64,000 nt of DNA, from assembly GCA_964475655.1 (NCBI GenBank), contig CAYYXE010000001.1, positions 5,435 to 69,434 of the forward strand, given 5' to 3'. This stretch comes from an uncultured Candidatus Saccharibacteria bacterium. GTDB lineage: Bacteria; Patescibacteriota; Minisyncoccia; Phycocordibacterales; UBA9973. Shown one piece after another: positions 48,043-56,246 of the stretch. A program made the position numbers and the translations under genes. Below the pieces are notes generated by a model. That model worked only from the letters and a program-made list of their open reading frames with translations, was not told where the DNA came from and ran no database searches. The stretch's first letter is position 1; each line of letters starts with the position of its first letter.

Positions 48043-48324
48043 TTATTTCACTTTTGATTCTAATTTTTCGACACGAATAAGCATGTGCTCTATCTTTTCG
48101 TCGTGCTTGGAAGCGGTCATTTCGTTTTGAAACATCCTTTTCCTAAAGTCTTCATGATCAGTATGGATCACTTGAATTTCTTTTAGAATAGAAGTTAGTA
48201 CTTTCGCTTGTCTTTCAAGTGCATCATTAACAGCCGCAAAAGACTTCGCAATAGACATCATCGCTTTCTCAAAGGTCTTTTCGGTCACATACTTTTCAGT
48301 TGTTTTGGCAGCAGCTTTCTTCAT
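48043..48324 (-). CDS. Small coiled-coil hypothetical protein
   Basis: MKKAAAK start with TATACT 7 nt upstream; heptad pattern. Confidence 0.72.
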   Translation of the reverse strand: MKKAAAKTTEKYVTEKTFEKAMMSIAKSFAAVNDALERQAKVLTSILKEIQVIHTDHEDFRKRMFQNEMTASKHDEKIEHMLIRVEKLESKVK

Positions 48325-48374
48325 TGTTGAGACAGTATACTCCCCGCTTCTGGCAAGGTGCAAACTGGGGATAA

Positions 48375-48935
48375 TTACGCCTTGAGAACGAGCACTGTCA
48401 CCCTCGCCGGCCGAAGCACCGTCTCCCCGAGCTTATAGCCTTGCTGGAGGATGGTATCGATACGCTGATCAAAGCGTTTGTCCCCTGTCTCTACTTCAGA
48501 CACCGCTTCATGGTACTTGGGGTCAAAGACATCACCCTTCTCTGCTATAGGCTCGAGGTTGTGCTCCTTGAGCGCATTCATGAGCTGGCTGTAGATATAC
48601 TCGACACCAGTGCGCCAAGTTGGCTCTACCTTCTCCCAGGCCTCCTTGTTGGACATTGCCATATTGAAGCTATCCACTACCGGAAGCAAGTCTTCGACAA
48701 ACCGCACGGCAAAGTGCTCACGGAAGCGCTTCTTGTCTTCGTCAGTAGACTTCTGGAGATTGGCATAGTCGGCACGCGCACGCTGCCAGCCGTCGAGATA
48801 CTCGGTCTTTTCTTTCTCAAGAGTCTTGATCTTTTCTTGGAGTTTTTTGAGCTTGGCGTCCCCAGGGAGCTCATCCCCATCTTCATTGGACTCGACAAAC
48901 TCAGGGTCGAGCACTACATCTTCATCGTCTTTCAT
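48375..48935 (-). CDS. grpE: Nucleotide exchange factor GrpE
   Basis: QRARADYAN, LLPVVDS, FDPKYHEA and GYKL...LRPARV motifs. Confidence 0.95.
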   Translation of the reverse strand: MKDDEDVVLDPEFVESNEDGDELPGDAKLKKLQEKIKTLEKEKTEYLDGWQRARADYANLQKSTDEDKKRFREHFAVRFVEDLLPVVDSFNMAMSNKEAWEKVEPTWRTGVEYIYSQLMNALKEHNLEPIAEKGDVFDPKYHEAVSEVETGDKRFDQRIDTILQQGYKLGETVLRPARVTVLVLKA

Positions 48936-49020
48936 ACGGCATCATTATACTGAAAATTGGGAATAAAAAAAGAGCTTGGTTAGAGCTCTTGGGAAGGTAA
49001 TGTTCTATTGTGTTACTGAA

Positions 49021-49488
49021 TCATTTTGCAGGTTGCACAGTATTGTCGGAAATCGGTATTTGATAGTTCTTTGGGGAAAGGCTGATACCAGATTTTGGGC
49101 GACGCACAAATACAACAGCGGTAGACAATTTGTACCAACACTTCTGTAGCACCTTCACTAACAAATGGTAGAAGCTCTTCTTCGCCCGCATCGGCAGAAG
49201 AGAATGCAGTTTCTTTTCGCATAAGAAATAGGTGACAACAAAGCCGGGATCTCCCTTGTGCATATGAACGGTACCACCGATCAAATCGGCGGAGAGACTT
49301 CCTTCTTCGTCGGATTTGATTTCGAGATGTACAACCTTTTTGGTCAGCAGACCGACCTTTTCGTAATCGGGTACATAAATATCTAAGGTTGCTTTAAGTA
49401 AACCACACCCGTCTTCTATTGTTCTTTCACTTGCAATAGACTGCTCCTTCAGAAATTTTTCCCATTCTTCCAGATTTTTCTTTTCCAT
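49021..49488 (-). CDS. Hypothetical protein (cassette-like)
   Basis: 155-aa ORF with TACAAT box upstream and terminator 48965-48990. Confidence 0.6.
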   Translation of the reverse strand: MEKKNLEEWEKFLKEQSIASERTIEDGCGLLKATLDIYVPDYEKVGLLTKKVVHLEIKSDEEGSLSADLIGGTVHMHKGDPGFVVTYFLCEKKLHSLLPMRAKKSFYHLLVKVLQKCWYKLSTAVVFVRRPKSGISLSPKNYQIPISDNTVQPAK

Positions 49489-49748
49489 GAGTGTTTTCCT
49501 TTATTGTACATGGAAAATGGCAAAAGAAAAAAGCCTGGTCTATGTACCCAGGCCGAGAAGGCTTACGTATAACCGCGACATGCATGGCACGTAACTTGAG
49601 TCACCTTTTATTGAAGCTTCGTATCTATAATACCACACAAAAATCCCCTTTCGGGACTTAGTTGTTTCTTAACGCTTTGTCCACCTTCAGCCTGTCTGGC
49701 GACAACGGCTGATGCCCTCTTCGGGGCACCGGAGTAAACGCTAAGTAG

Positions 49749-50153
49749 TTAACGCTTACTCCACTGTGGACTCTTACGAGCCTTCTTGAGACCGAATTTG
49801 CGGCGCTCCTTACTTCGTGGGTCACGCTTGAGGAATCCTTCGCCTTTGAGCTTGGTCTTGTCAGCTTCGTCCTCCTTCACAAGGCCGCGAGAGATGCCGT
49901 GACGGACTGCTTCAGCCTGTGAGTGGATGCCTGAGCCAGCCACCTTCACTGATACGGCGTATGCCTTCTCGGTGACTTTAAACGGATCAGTAACGATCTT
50001 TTGGAGTTCACTTGTCGGGAAGTATGCCGCAAGATCCTTGTCGTTGATTGTGTAGCTTGCCTTCGTAGCAGGTGTGAGGCGCACGCGAGCAGTTGCAGTC
50101 TTGCGTCGGCCGATAGTTTCGATGTATTTCTTTGATGCGGTAGCTGATGCCAT
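49749..50153 (-). CDS. rpsI: 30S ribosomal protein uS9
   Basis: GRRKTATARV and ERRKFGLKKARKSPQWSKR. Confidence 0.98.
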   Translation of the reverse strand: MASATASKKYIETIGRRKTATARVRLTPATKASYTINDKDLAAYFPTSELQKIVTDPFKVTEKAYAVSVKVAGSGIHSQAEAVRHGISRGLVKEDEADKTKLKGEGFLKRDPRSKERRKFGLKKARKSPQWSKR

Positions 50154-50176
50154 ATGTATAAAAAGTATTTGGGCTG

Positions 50177-50521
50177 TTATTCGGTAATAGTGAGGTGCTT
50201 CATCATGTCGCGCTTGAGCTTGTTGTCAGGAAGCATGCCCTTCACTGCCTTTTCGATGACTTCCTTGAAGCCTTTGGTAGCTACGACGTGTGCCATAGTG
50301 CTCTGCTTGAGACCGCCTGGGTAGCCAGAAAATGAATTGTACGTCTTGGTGAGCATTTTGCGGGGATCGGTCTTGATCTTGGATGCGTTGGTCACGGTCA
50401 CGAGATGGTTGGGCACGGCGTTCTTTACGAAGTCAGCAGAATTCTTGCCCATGAGAATGCTTGCCACTTCTGTAGCGAGTCGTCCGAGTGATTTATTTGT
50501 TGCGTCGATGGTGTAGTTCAT
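50177..50521 (-). CDS. rplM: 50S ribosomal protein uL13 (short)
   Basis: IDAT..LGRLA, SGYPGGLK and AVKGMLP motifs. Confidence 0.95.
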   Translation of the reverse strand: MNYTIDATNKSLGRLATEVASILMGKNSADFVKNAVPNHLVTVTNASKIKTDPRKMLTKTYNSFSGYPGGLKQSTMAHVVATKGFKEVIEKAVKGMLPDNKLKRDMMKHLTITE

Positions 50522-50532
50522 ATCTATTTGGG

Positions 50533-50889
50533 TTACTGGACGAATTCGATCACTGCCATCGGAGAGCCGTCACTGAGGCGCTGTACGACCTTGGTGATGC
50601 GGGTATAGCCACCTGCACGATCTGCAAACTTGGGGGCAACATCGTCGATGAGGCGAGATACGACTGCTTCGTTGTTGTAGAGACCTGAGAGGAGGACGCG
50701 GCGGTTGGCAAGGGTAGGATTTTTGGCCTTCGTCACCATCTTTTCTACCACTGGGCGGATTTCCTTTGCCTTTGCTTCAGTCGTGAGCATGCGTCCGTGC
50801 TCGATGAGAGATGCAGCAAGACCGCGGATGAGCGCTACTCGTCCGTTCTTTTCTCGCCCAAATTTTCGTACATTTACATGATGACGCAT
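50533..50889 (-). CDS. rplQ: 50S ribosomal protein bL17
   Basis: MRH, TTEAKAKE and GGYTRI motifs. Confidence 0.97.
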   Translation of the reverse strand: MRHHVNVRKFGREKNGRVALIRGLAASLIEHGRMLTTEAKAKEIRPVVEKMVTKAKNPTLANRRVLLSGLYNNEAVVSRLIDDVAPKFADRAGGYTRITKVVQRLSDGSPMAVIEFVQ

Positions 50890-50911
50890 AGATGACCCTT
50901 GTTATACCGTA

Positions 50912-51925
50912 TTATTCCTTCAAAGACAAGCCGAGGGCTCCGAGTGCGTCACGGATCTCTGTGATACCCTTGTCGCCGATACCGTCGATCTCGAGGAGAT
51001 CAGCTACGTGCTTGCGCGCAACACCGCCGACTGTGCGGATGTTTGCTGCAGTGAGGGCATTGAGGGTACGGGTCGAGAGGCCGATCGTATCGATGCGGTT
51101 CTTGAGCACATCGGTAACGTCGACTGAGTCTTCACTCTCTGTCATAGAAGCTGCCCCAGCAGCATCAGTAGCCGCTTCTGCCATCAGAGGAGCCTTCATG
51201 CTCATGCGTGACTGTACTTCTTCGATCACGCCAGGAGCGCTGATAGAAACGATCGCTGCGAGCTGCTCGATCATAGTGCCGACTGACTGCTCGAGCGCTT
51301 CGCGAGGAGAGATCGTGCCGTCGGTCTCGATGGTCATGCGGAGGCGGTTGAAGTTGGTCTTGTCGCCGACACGCATTTCTTCGACATCGTATGAGACGCG
51401 TCGGATAGGAGAAAAGATCGCATCAAGAAAGATCGTACCGATATCAGCCTTTTGCTTGTGGTGTGCTTCGCGAGAGACAAATCCGAGACCCTTTTCGATA
51501 GTAAGCTCGATGGTGAGAGATGCCTTGCCGGTGATCTCGCAGATGTACTGGTCAGGATTTGCAACCGTTGCCGCACCCTTTGCGGAGATATCTGCTGCCG
51601 TTACCACCTTGGGACCCTTGACTGAAAGGGTGACCTTTTGGGGCTCGTCAGTGGTGAGTGCAAAGCGCACGTTCTTGAGGTTGAGAAGGATTGTGATCAC
51701 GTCTTCTTTGACGCCGTCGATCGTTGCAAACTCATGACTTACTCCATCGATCTTTACTGCAGTGATCGCAGTACCCGTAAGAGACGAGAGGATGATGCGA
51801 CGCAGAGAGTTGCCGAGCGTATAGCCGTATCCTGGCACGAGACCGTCTATTTCAAATACGCCTTTGTTGCCTTCTTCGAAGGTAGCTTTTGGTTTGGATG
51901 GGAGCATGATGTTGTGTTGGGTCAT
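50912..51925 (-). CDS. rpoA: RNA polymerase alpha subunit
   Basis: GYGYTLGNSLRRIILSS, HEF..IDGVKED and DAIFSPI motifs. Confidence 0.97.
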   Translation of the reverse strand: MTQHNIMLPSKPKATFEEGNKGVFEIDGLVPGYGYTLGNSLRRIILSSLTGTAITAVKIDGVSHEFATIDGVKEDVITILLNLKNVRFALTTDEPQKVTLSVKGPKVVTAADISAKGAATVANPDQYICEITGKASLTIELTIEKGLGFVSREAHHKQKADIGTIFLDAIFSPIRRVSYDVEEMRVGDKTNFNRLRMTIETDGTISPREALEQSVGTMIEQLAAIVSISAPGVIEEVQSRMSMKAPLMAEAATDAAGAASMTESEDSVDVTDVLKNRIDTIGLSTRTLNALTAANIRTVGGVARKHVADLLEIDGIGDKGITEIRDALGALGLSLKE

Positions 51926-51973
51926 ATGAAAATAAACTATACCATTATTTTGTAAAATCTCCTAATCTGTGTC

Positions 51974-52576
51974 CTAACGACTGTAGAACTCAAGCACCGT
52001 GTCGAGCTGCAGAAATGCTTCGTCGTTCTTGGGCTTGGCGGTGACTTCAGCCGTAAGTGCTTCGGGGCTCCATTTGAGCCAGTTGGGCACGGTGTGTGTT
52101 TCACCCTTTTTCTTCATATCTGCAAAGATAACGCTTTTCTTGCTTCCTTCACGCACTGCGATCTTGTCGCCGATACGTACCGCAAGGGACGGGATCGTCA
52201 CCTTGGTACCATTGACGGTGATGTGACCGTGAGATGCAAGCTGTCGCGCAAAGCGTCGAGTACTTGCAAGGCCGAGACGGTATACGACGTTGTCGAGGCG
52301 CGTCTCGAGGAGCTCAAAGAGCTTGTCGGTCACGGGCATACCTTTGGTACTCGTTGCCTTTTGGACGTAGTTGCCGAGCTGGCGCTCTGAAATACCATAT
52401 GAGAAGCGGACCTTTTGCTTCTCAATGAGCTGGCGGCCGTAGTCAGAGAGCTGCTTGGGGCGCTTGCCTTTTGCGGCTGACTTTTTCATTTCTGATTGGG
52501 TGTATTTGGCAGTCTGGCACTTTTCGTATACTCCCGGGCCGAGACGGCGACACATTTTGTATTTTGCAGTAGTCAT
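51974..52576 (-). CDS. rpsD: 30S ribosomal protein uS4
   Basis: SDYGRQLIEKQK, LETRLDNVVYR and EFYSR motifs. Confidence 0.97.
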   Translation of the reverse strand: MTTAKYKMCRRLGPGVYEKCQTAKYTQSEMKKSAAKGKRPKQLSDYGRQLIEKQKVRFSYGISERQLGNYVQKATSTKGMPVTDKLFELLETRLDNVVYRLGLASTRRFARQLASHGHITVNGTKVTIPSLAVRIGDKIAVREGSKKSVIFADMKKKGETHTVPNWLKWSPEALTAEVTAKPKNDEAFLQLDTVLEFYSR

Positions 52577-52587
52577 ATAGATGTAGA

Positions 52588-53022
52588 TTATACTCGTCGA
52601 GGTTTCTTGGGTTTAGGACCATTGTGCGGCACGGGGGTCCGGTCTTTGATCGATACAAGCTCAATGCCGGTGCCGATAAATCCTCGGATCAAGGGCTCGC
52701 GACCAGACCCTACTCCGCGCACAACGACTGCTACATCTTTGATGCCTGCAGCGGTTGCTTTCTCAGCGAGCACTTCACCTACCTTTGAGGCTGCAAAGGG
52801 AGTACCTTTCTTGGCCCCCTTAAATCCAAGCGAGCCGGATGATGACCAAAAGAGCGCATTGCCCTTCATGTCTGATACGACTGCCTTGGTGTTGTTAAAC
52901 GTTGCTTCGATAGAAAGCATGGCGCTCGTCACCTTTTTCTTGGTGGTACGCGCAACTGCTCGACCGCGCATTTGTGCATCGACGAGTTGTCCTTCTTGAT
53001 TTGTGATACGCTTTTTACCCAT
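52588..53022 (-). CDS. rpsK: 30S ribosomal protein uS11
   Basis: TFNNT, KGTPFAA and TPVPHNG motifs. Confidence 0.97.
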   Translation of the reverse strand: MGKKRITNQEGQLVDAQMRGRAVARTTKKKVTSAMLSIEATFNNTKAVVSDMKGNALFWSSSGSLGFKGAKKGTPFAASKVGEVLAEKATAAGIKDVAVVVRGVGSGREPLIRGFIGTGIELVSIKDRTPVPHNGPKPKKPRRV

Positions 53023-53034
53023 ATAAATTAGTGA

Positions 53035-53415
53035 TTATGTCTTACTCTCCTTTCGGCGGCCGCTACCCATCGTGTTGCGGACGTTGCCTCGGACCGTGCG
53101 AGAGTTGGTCTTGGTGCGCTGGCCGTTGACCGGGAGGCGGCGCATATGGCGGATACCGCGGTATGCTTTGATGTCTTTGAGGCGCTTGATGTTGCCGGCG
53201 ATTTCACGCTTGAGGTTGCCTTCGATGGTGCGCTCTTCGATAGCCTTGGTGATCGTCTTTTCTTGATCAATAGAGATCTCGGTGGGCTTCGTAGAAGGAC
53301 TTACTCCTGCATCCTTGAGAATCTTGTGGGCAGTAGTCGTGCCGATACCATAGAGGGTGGTGAGACCGATGTCGAGACGCTTGTCGTTGGGGATGTTGAT
53401 ACCGAGGATACGCAT
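53035..53415 (-). CDS. rpsM: 30S ribosomal protein uS13
   Basis: YGIG and YRGIRH..LPVNGQRTKTNSRT motifs. Confidence 0.97.
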   Translation of the reverse strand: MRILGINIPNDKRLDIGLTTLYGIGTTTAHKILKDAGVSPSTKPTEISIDQEKTITKAIEERTIEGNLKREIAGNIKRLKDIKAYRGIRHMRRLPVNGQRTKTNSRTVRGNVRNTMGSGRRKESKT

Positions 53416-53438
53416 GAATGATAGAATTATTGTGTTGC

Positions 53439-53549
53439 CTATTGCTTTTGCTTGTGCTTAGGGTTGTCACAGATCACGACCAAATGGCGATTGCGCTTTA
53501 CAATCTTGCACTTATCACACATCTTTTTTACGGTTGATCTGATCTTCAT
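53439..53549 (-). CDS. rpmJ: 50S ribosomal protein bL36 (not in ORF track)
   Basis: Manual translation [36 protein letters not shown]. Confidence 0.96.
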   Translation of the reverse strand: MKIRSTVKKMCDKCKIVKRNRHLVVICDNPKHKQKQ

Positions 53550-53588
53550 AAAACGCCTAAAATTTGTAGCCGGGGGATTATATACTAT

Positions 53589-53798
53589 TTATATTCGTCT
53601 GACAATACGTCCCTTCCCACCATACGGATCCATGACGACTTCGACGGTATCTCCGATCAATACCTTGATGCGGTGAAGGCGCATTTTGCCTGCCAGGTAC
53701 GCGATCACGCTTTCGCCTCCCTCGAGTTCAAGCCTGAACATGGTGTTCGGGAGCGCTTCGGTTACGGTTGCTTTGACTGCGTCTTCTGGTGTAGGCAT
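53589..53798 (-). CDS. infA: Translation initiation factor IF-1
   Basis: EALPNTMFR, AYLAGKMR and KGRIV motifs. Confidence 0.96.
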   Translation of the reverse strand: MPTPEDAVKATVTEALPNTMFRLELEGGESVIAYLAGKMRLHRIKVLIGDTVEVVMDPYGGKGRIVRRI

Positions 53799-53839
53799 TA
53801 AGGGGTTTATAATAACACAAACTTTTGCTCTCGGTCAAC

Positions 53840-55084
53840 TTATCGTGCTTCGACGGTGATCCGCTGCTCTTTGGTAGGGAAAAAGGGCGCCCAAAAGGGG
53901 TAGAAATGGTACTCGGCAGTGTCGATCTCGGGGACTGCATTGATGATCTCTCCAAAGGCAGCTTTGCGAGTGCCGACAAGCGAGTCTCGGAGGGATGCAA
54001 GCGGCGCCTTGGTGATAATGACACCTTCTCCGCTCACGCGTACATGGATCGTGTCGGGAGTATTTTTGGCATCGGCTGGAAGTGCCGTCACGGGAGTAAC
54101 TACGAGGTCGCCAAGTGCCGGGATAGAGACGTCGGTATAGGTGTGGTCATTGAGCACATGGTTGGCAATGGCAGTCTCAAAGAGCTCGCGCGGGATGAGA
54201 TACGTCGTCATCGTACCCTTCATAGTGGCGGGAAATTTCACACTATCGCCACGGAGGTTGACCGAACCTGAGTCAATACTCGGCACCTGGAGGTCGGGAT
54301 ACGTGATGAGCGTCTCGGGGATCTGGGTGCGTGTCTCGCGCTTGAGGCGCTCGGTGAGTTGGGCCTGGAGAGTGGCAATGACATCGCCTTGCTCATCGGC
54401 ACTGACACTGTGCTTCATACCTTCTTCACCACCTGTGATCGCTCCCGCAGACTGCGCATAGAGACTTTTGCCCCACCCAGCGACAGAGAAGCTTGTACCA
54501 GTTGTGTTGTAGGTCGGGCCGACTGCGGTCGCAACTATTGCCGTTGCAGGAGAGGTGCCCGCCGTCTTTACTTTGCCTTTGAGTGTATAGCCAGGGACCG
54601 TGACCACTGCGGTGGTTTGATACTTTTTGCCATTTGCGGCAGTGAGCGTCGTCTTGGCCTTGATGGTCTGGGCCTTGGTGCTGTATTCATTAAAGAAGAC
54701 GACTTTGCCCCGGGCCGTGCTCGTGCTCTGCTCTACCTTTGAGCCATAGACTTGACGCGTCGCTTCACTGGAGACAAGCATGGTCTGAAACGTAAGCCTG
54801 CCGACACTCGCCTCCCCTTCATGCGTGAGCTCAAATTCTGCATTCTCCAGCACAAACGGTATGCGACGCTCAGTCACGACTACCTTTACACGAGCGACCT
54901 TCATCCCCAGCACATAGAGTATGACTACAAAGATAAGTGCACACCCAAGTATCAGGAGTTTGCGCCACCTGACCGGATGATGATGGCGCGTGATCACGGG
55001 ACGAGTTACTTCTTCGAGTATAGGATCTTCTGCACCCTTTTTCTTCTTTGCGTTTTCGCTTTGGATGATGTCGTAGAGTTTCAT
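53840..55084 (-). CDS. Membrane-anchored beta-rich hypothetical protein (baseplate J-like segment, tentative)
   Basis: One N-terminal TM; ARGKVVFFNEYST..Q, VTVPG, GPTYN and ITGG. Confidence 0.75.
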   Translation of the reverse strand: MKLYDIIQSENAKKKKGAEDPILEEVTRPVITRHHHPVRWRKLLILGCALIFVVILYVLGMKVARVKVVVTERRIPFVLENAEFELTHEGEASVGRLTFQTMLVSSEATRQVYGSKVEQSTSTARGKVVFFNEYSTKAQTIKAKTTLTAANGKKYQTTAVVTVPGYTLKGKVKTAGTSPATAIVATAVGPTYNTTGTSFSVAGWGKSLYAQSAGAITGGEEGMKHSVSADEQGDVIATLQAQLTERLKRETRTQIPETLITYPDLQVPSIDSGSVNLRGDSVKFPATMKGTMTTYLIPRELFETAIANHVLNDHTYTDVSIPALGDLVVTPVTALPADAKNTPDTIHVRVSGEGVIITKAPLASLRDSLVGTRKAAFGEIINAVPEIDTAEYHFYPFWAPFFPTKEQRITVEAR

Positions 55085-56214
55085 AGGTGTACCGTCTGCT
55101 GTGCAAATACTGCGGCGGTTGCAAGGGGGACATCGAGTGCCGTCTGGTCGGCAGTGCGCACAAGCCCGGCAAGCACTGACTCATCGAGGTACTTCACCGT
55201 CACCTCTCCGACCGTGCAGCGATGCTTGAGAAATTCATCGGTCGTGAGCACTCGCGTAAAGAGCTGCTGAAACTTGGGATCGGCAGTCACCGTACACTGG
55301 GACGGCACACAAAAGCCATAGTGGCCGCCTTCGAGGATCTCGCGAAATGCTGCGCGCCATGTACCAAGAAATGCTTCGATCGCCTTCTCTACGGGCACCA
55401 CTGCCGACGTATCGAGTTTGCCCAAGCGGTATGCTTCGAGCATGCTGTGCGCTTCGGCAGTGGTGTGCCGACCGATGCTTGCGAGGGTGCGATAGAGCTC
55501 AAACGTACCGACCGGAAATGAATGCTGATAGAGCATGATGCCACCCTTGATAAAGGCAACATCGGTGATCTCTTCGCCTACGTCGATGATGATGGACTCT
55601 GCGATGCTCGGCATGACGTCTCGCATGACGACATAGGTCGCAAAGGGACTCGTGGTAAAGCTGATGGTGCGCGTACCGTATGCGCGCTGGAGCACGTCGG
55701 TAAATCGCTCGAGCACGGGCTTGGGTGCGACGGTAACACTGAGGAAGAGCTCAAGGCTGGTGGCGTGCTTACCAAAGGGTGTGCTCGTCTCGTAGCCGTT
55801 GAGCAAGATGCTCGAGATCTGCTTTTCGACAACGACTGAATCGGGGCCAAACGACCCGCCTTCTGCCAGTATCGCCTCGACTTCACGATCGACGAGTCCG
55901 TCTACGAGCTTTGAGGTACAGGTAAATGCCTTCTCTTGCTTGTACACTATCGTGCGTGTCTGCGACACATACCAGGGAGATGCGAGGATGACTTGGATAT
56001 GAGTGGGATGGTGTGCGTCCTTTGCTTTGATCTGCTCCACAATCTGCCCGAGATGCTTCACACCTTCTTCGACAAAGCGCGACATGTTGATGTCGTCTTG
56101 GAGCGGGATGTTGGTACGCGCACTTGCAAGCATGACCGGAGCCGCATCCGTCCGCACTACATGCGCACCCGCAACAGAGCTCGAACTGATGTCATACACC
56201 GCAAGGACGTTCAT
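55081..56214 (-). CDS. FtsA/actin-like ATPase-fold protein
   Basis: YDISSSSV, LNGY and IIDVGEEITD phosphate-loop-like motifs. Confidence 0.7.
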   Translation of the reverse strand: MNVLAVYDISSSSVAGAHVVRTDAAPVMLASARTNIPLQDDINMSRFVEEGVKHLGQIVEQIKAKDAHHPTHIQVILASPWYVSQTRTIVYKQEKAFTCTSKLVDGLVDREVEAILAEGGSFGPDSVVVEKQISSILLNGYETSTPFGKHATSLELFLSVTVAPKPVLERFTDVLQRAYGTRTISFTTSPFATYVVMRDVMPSIAESIIIDVGEEITDVAFIKGGIMLYQHSFPVGTFELYRTLASIGRHTTAEAHSMLEAYRLGKLDTSAVVPVEKAIEAFLGTWRAAFREILEGGHYGFCVPSQCTVTADPKFQQLFTRVLTTDEFLKHRCTVGEVTVKYLDESVLAGLVRTADQTALDVPLATAAVFAQQTVHL

Positions 56215-56246
56215 ACAGCAAGTATACCAAAAGAATGTATAGACAA

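Noticed and set aside
50892-51737. Long alternative-frame or antisense ORFs over core genes (rpoA, dnaK, aspS, dnaB, rsmI)
   Set aside because: Shadow ORFs expected from codon bias; no independent motifs or expression signals
53840-55084. Prophage, prompted by baseplate-J-like motifs
   Set aside because: No terminase, capsid, integrase or other phage genes; composition matches the backbone
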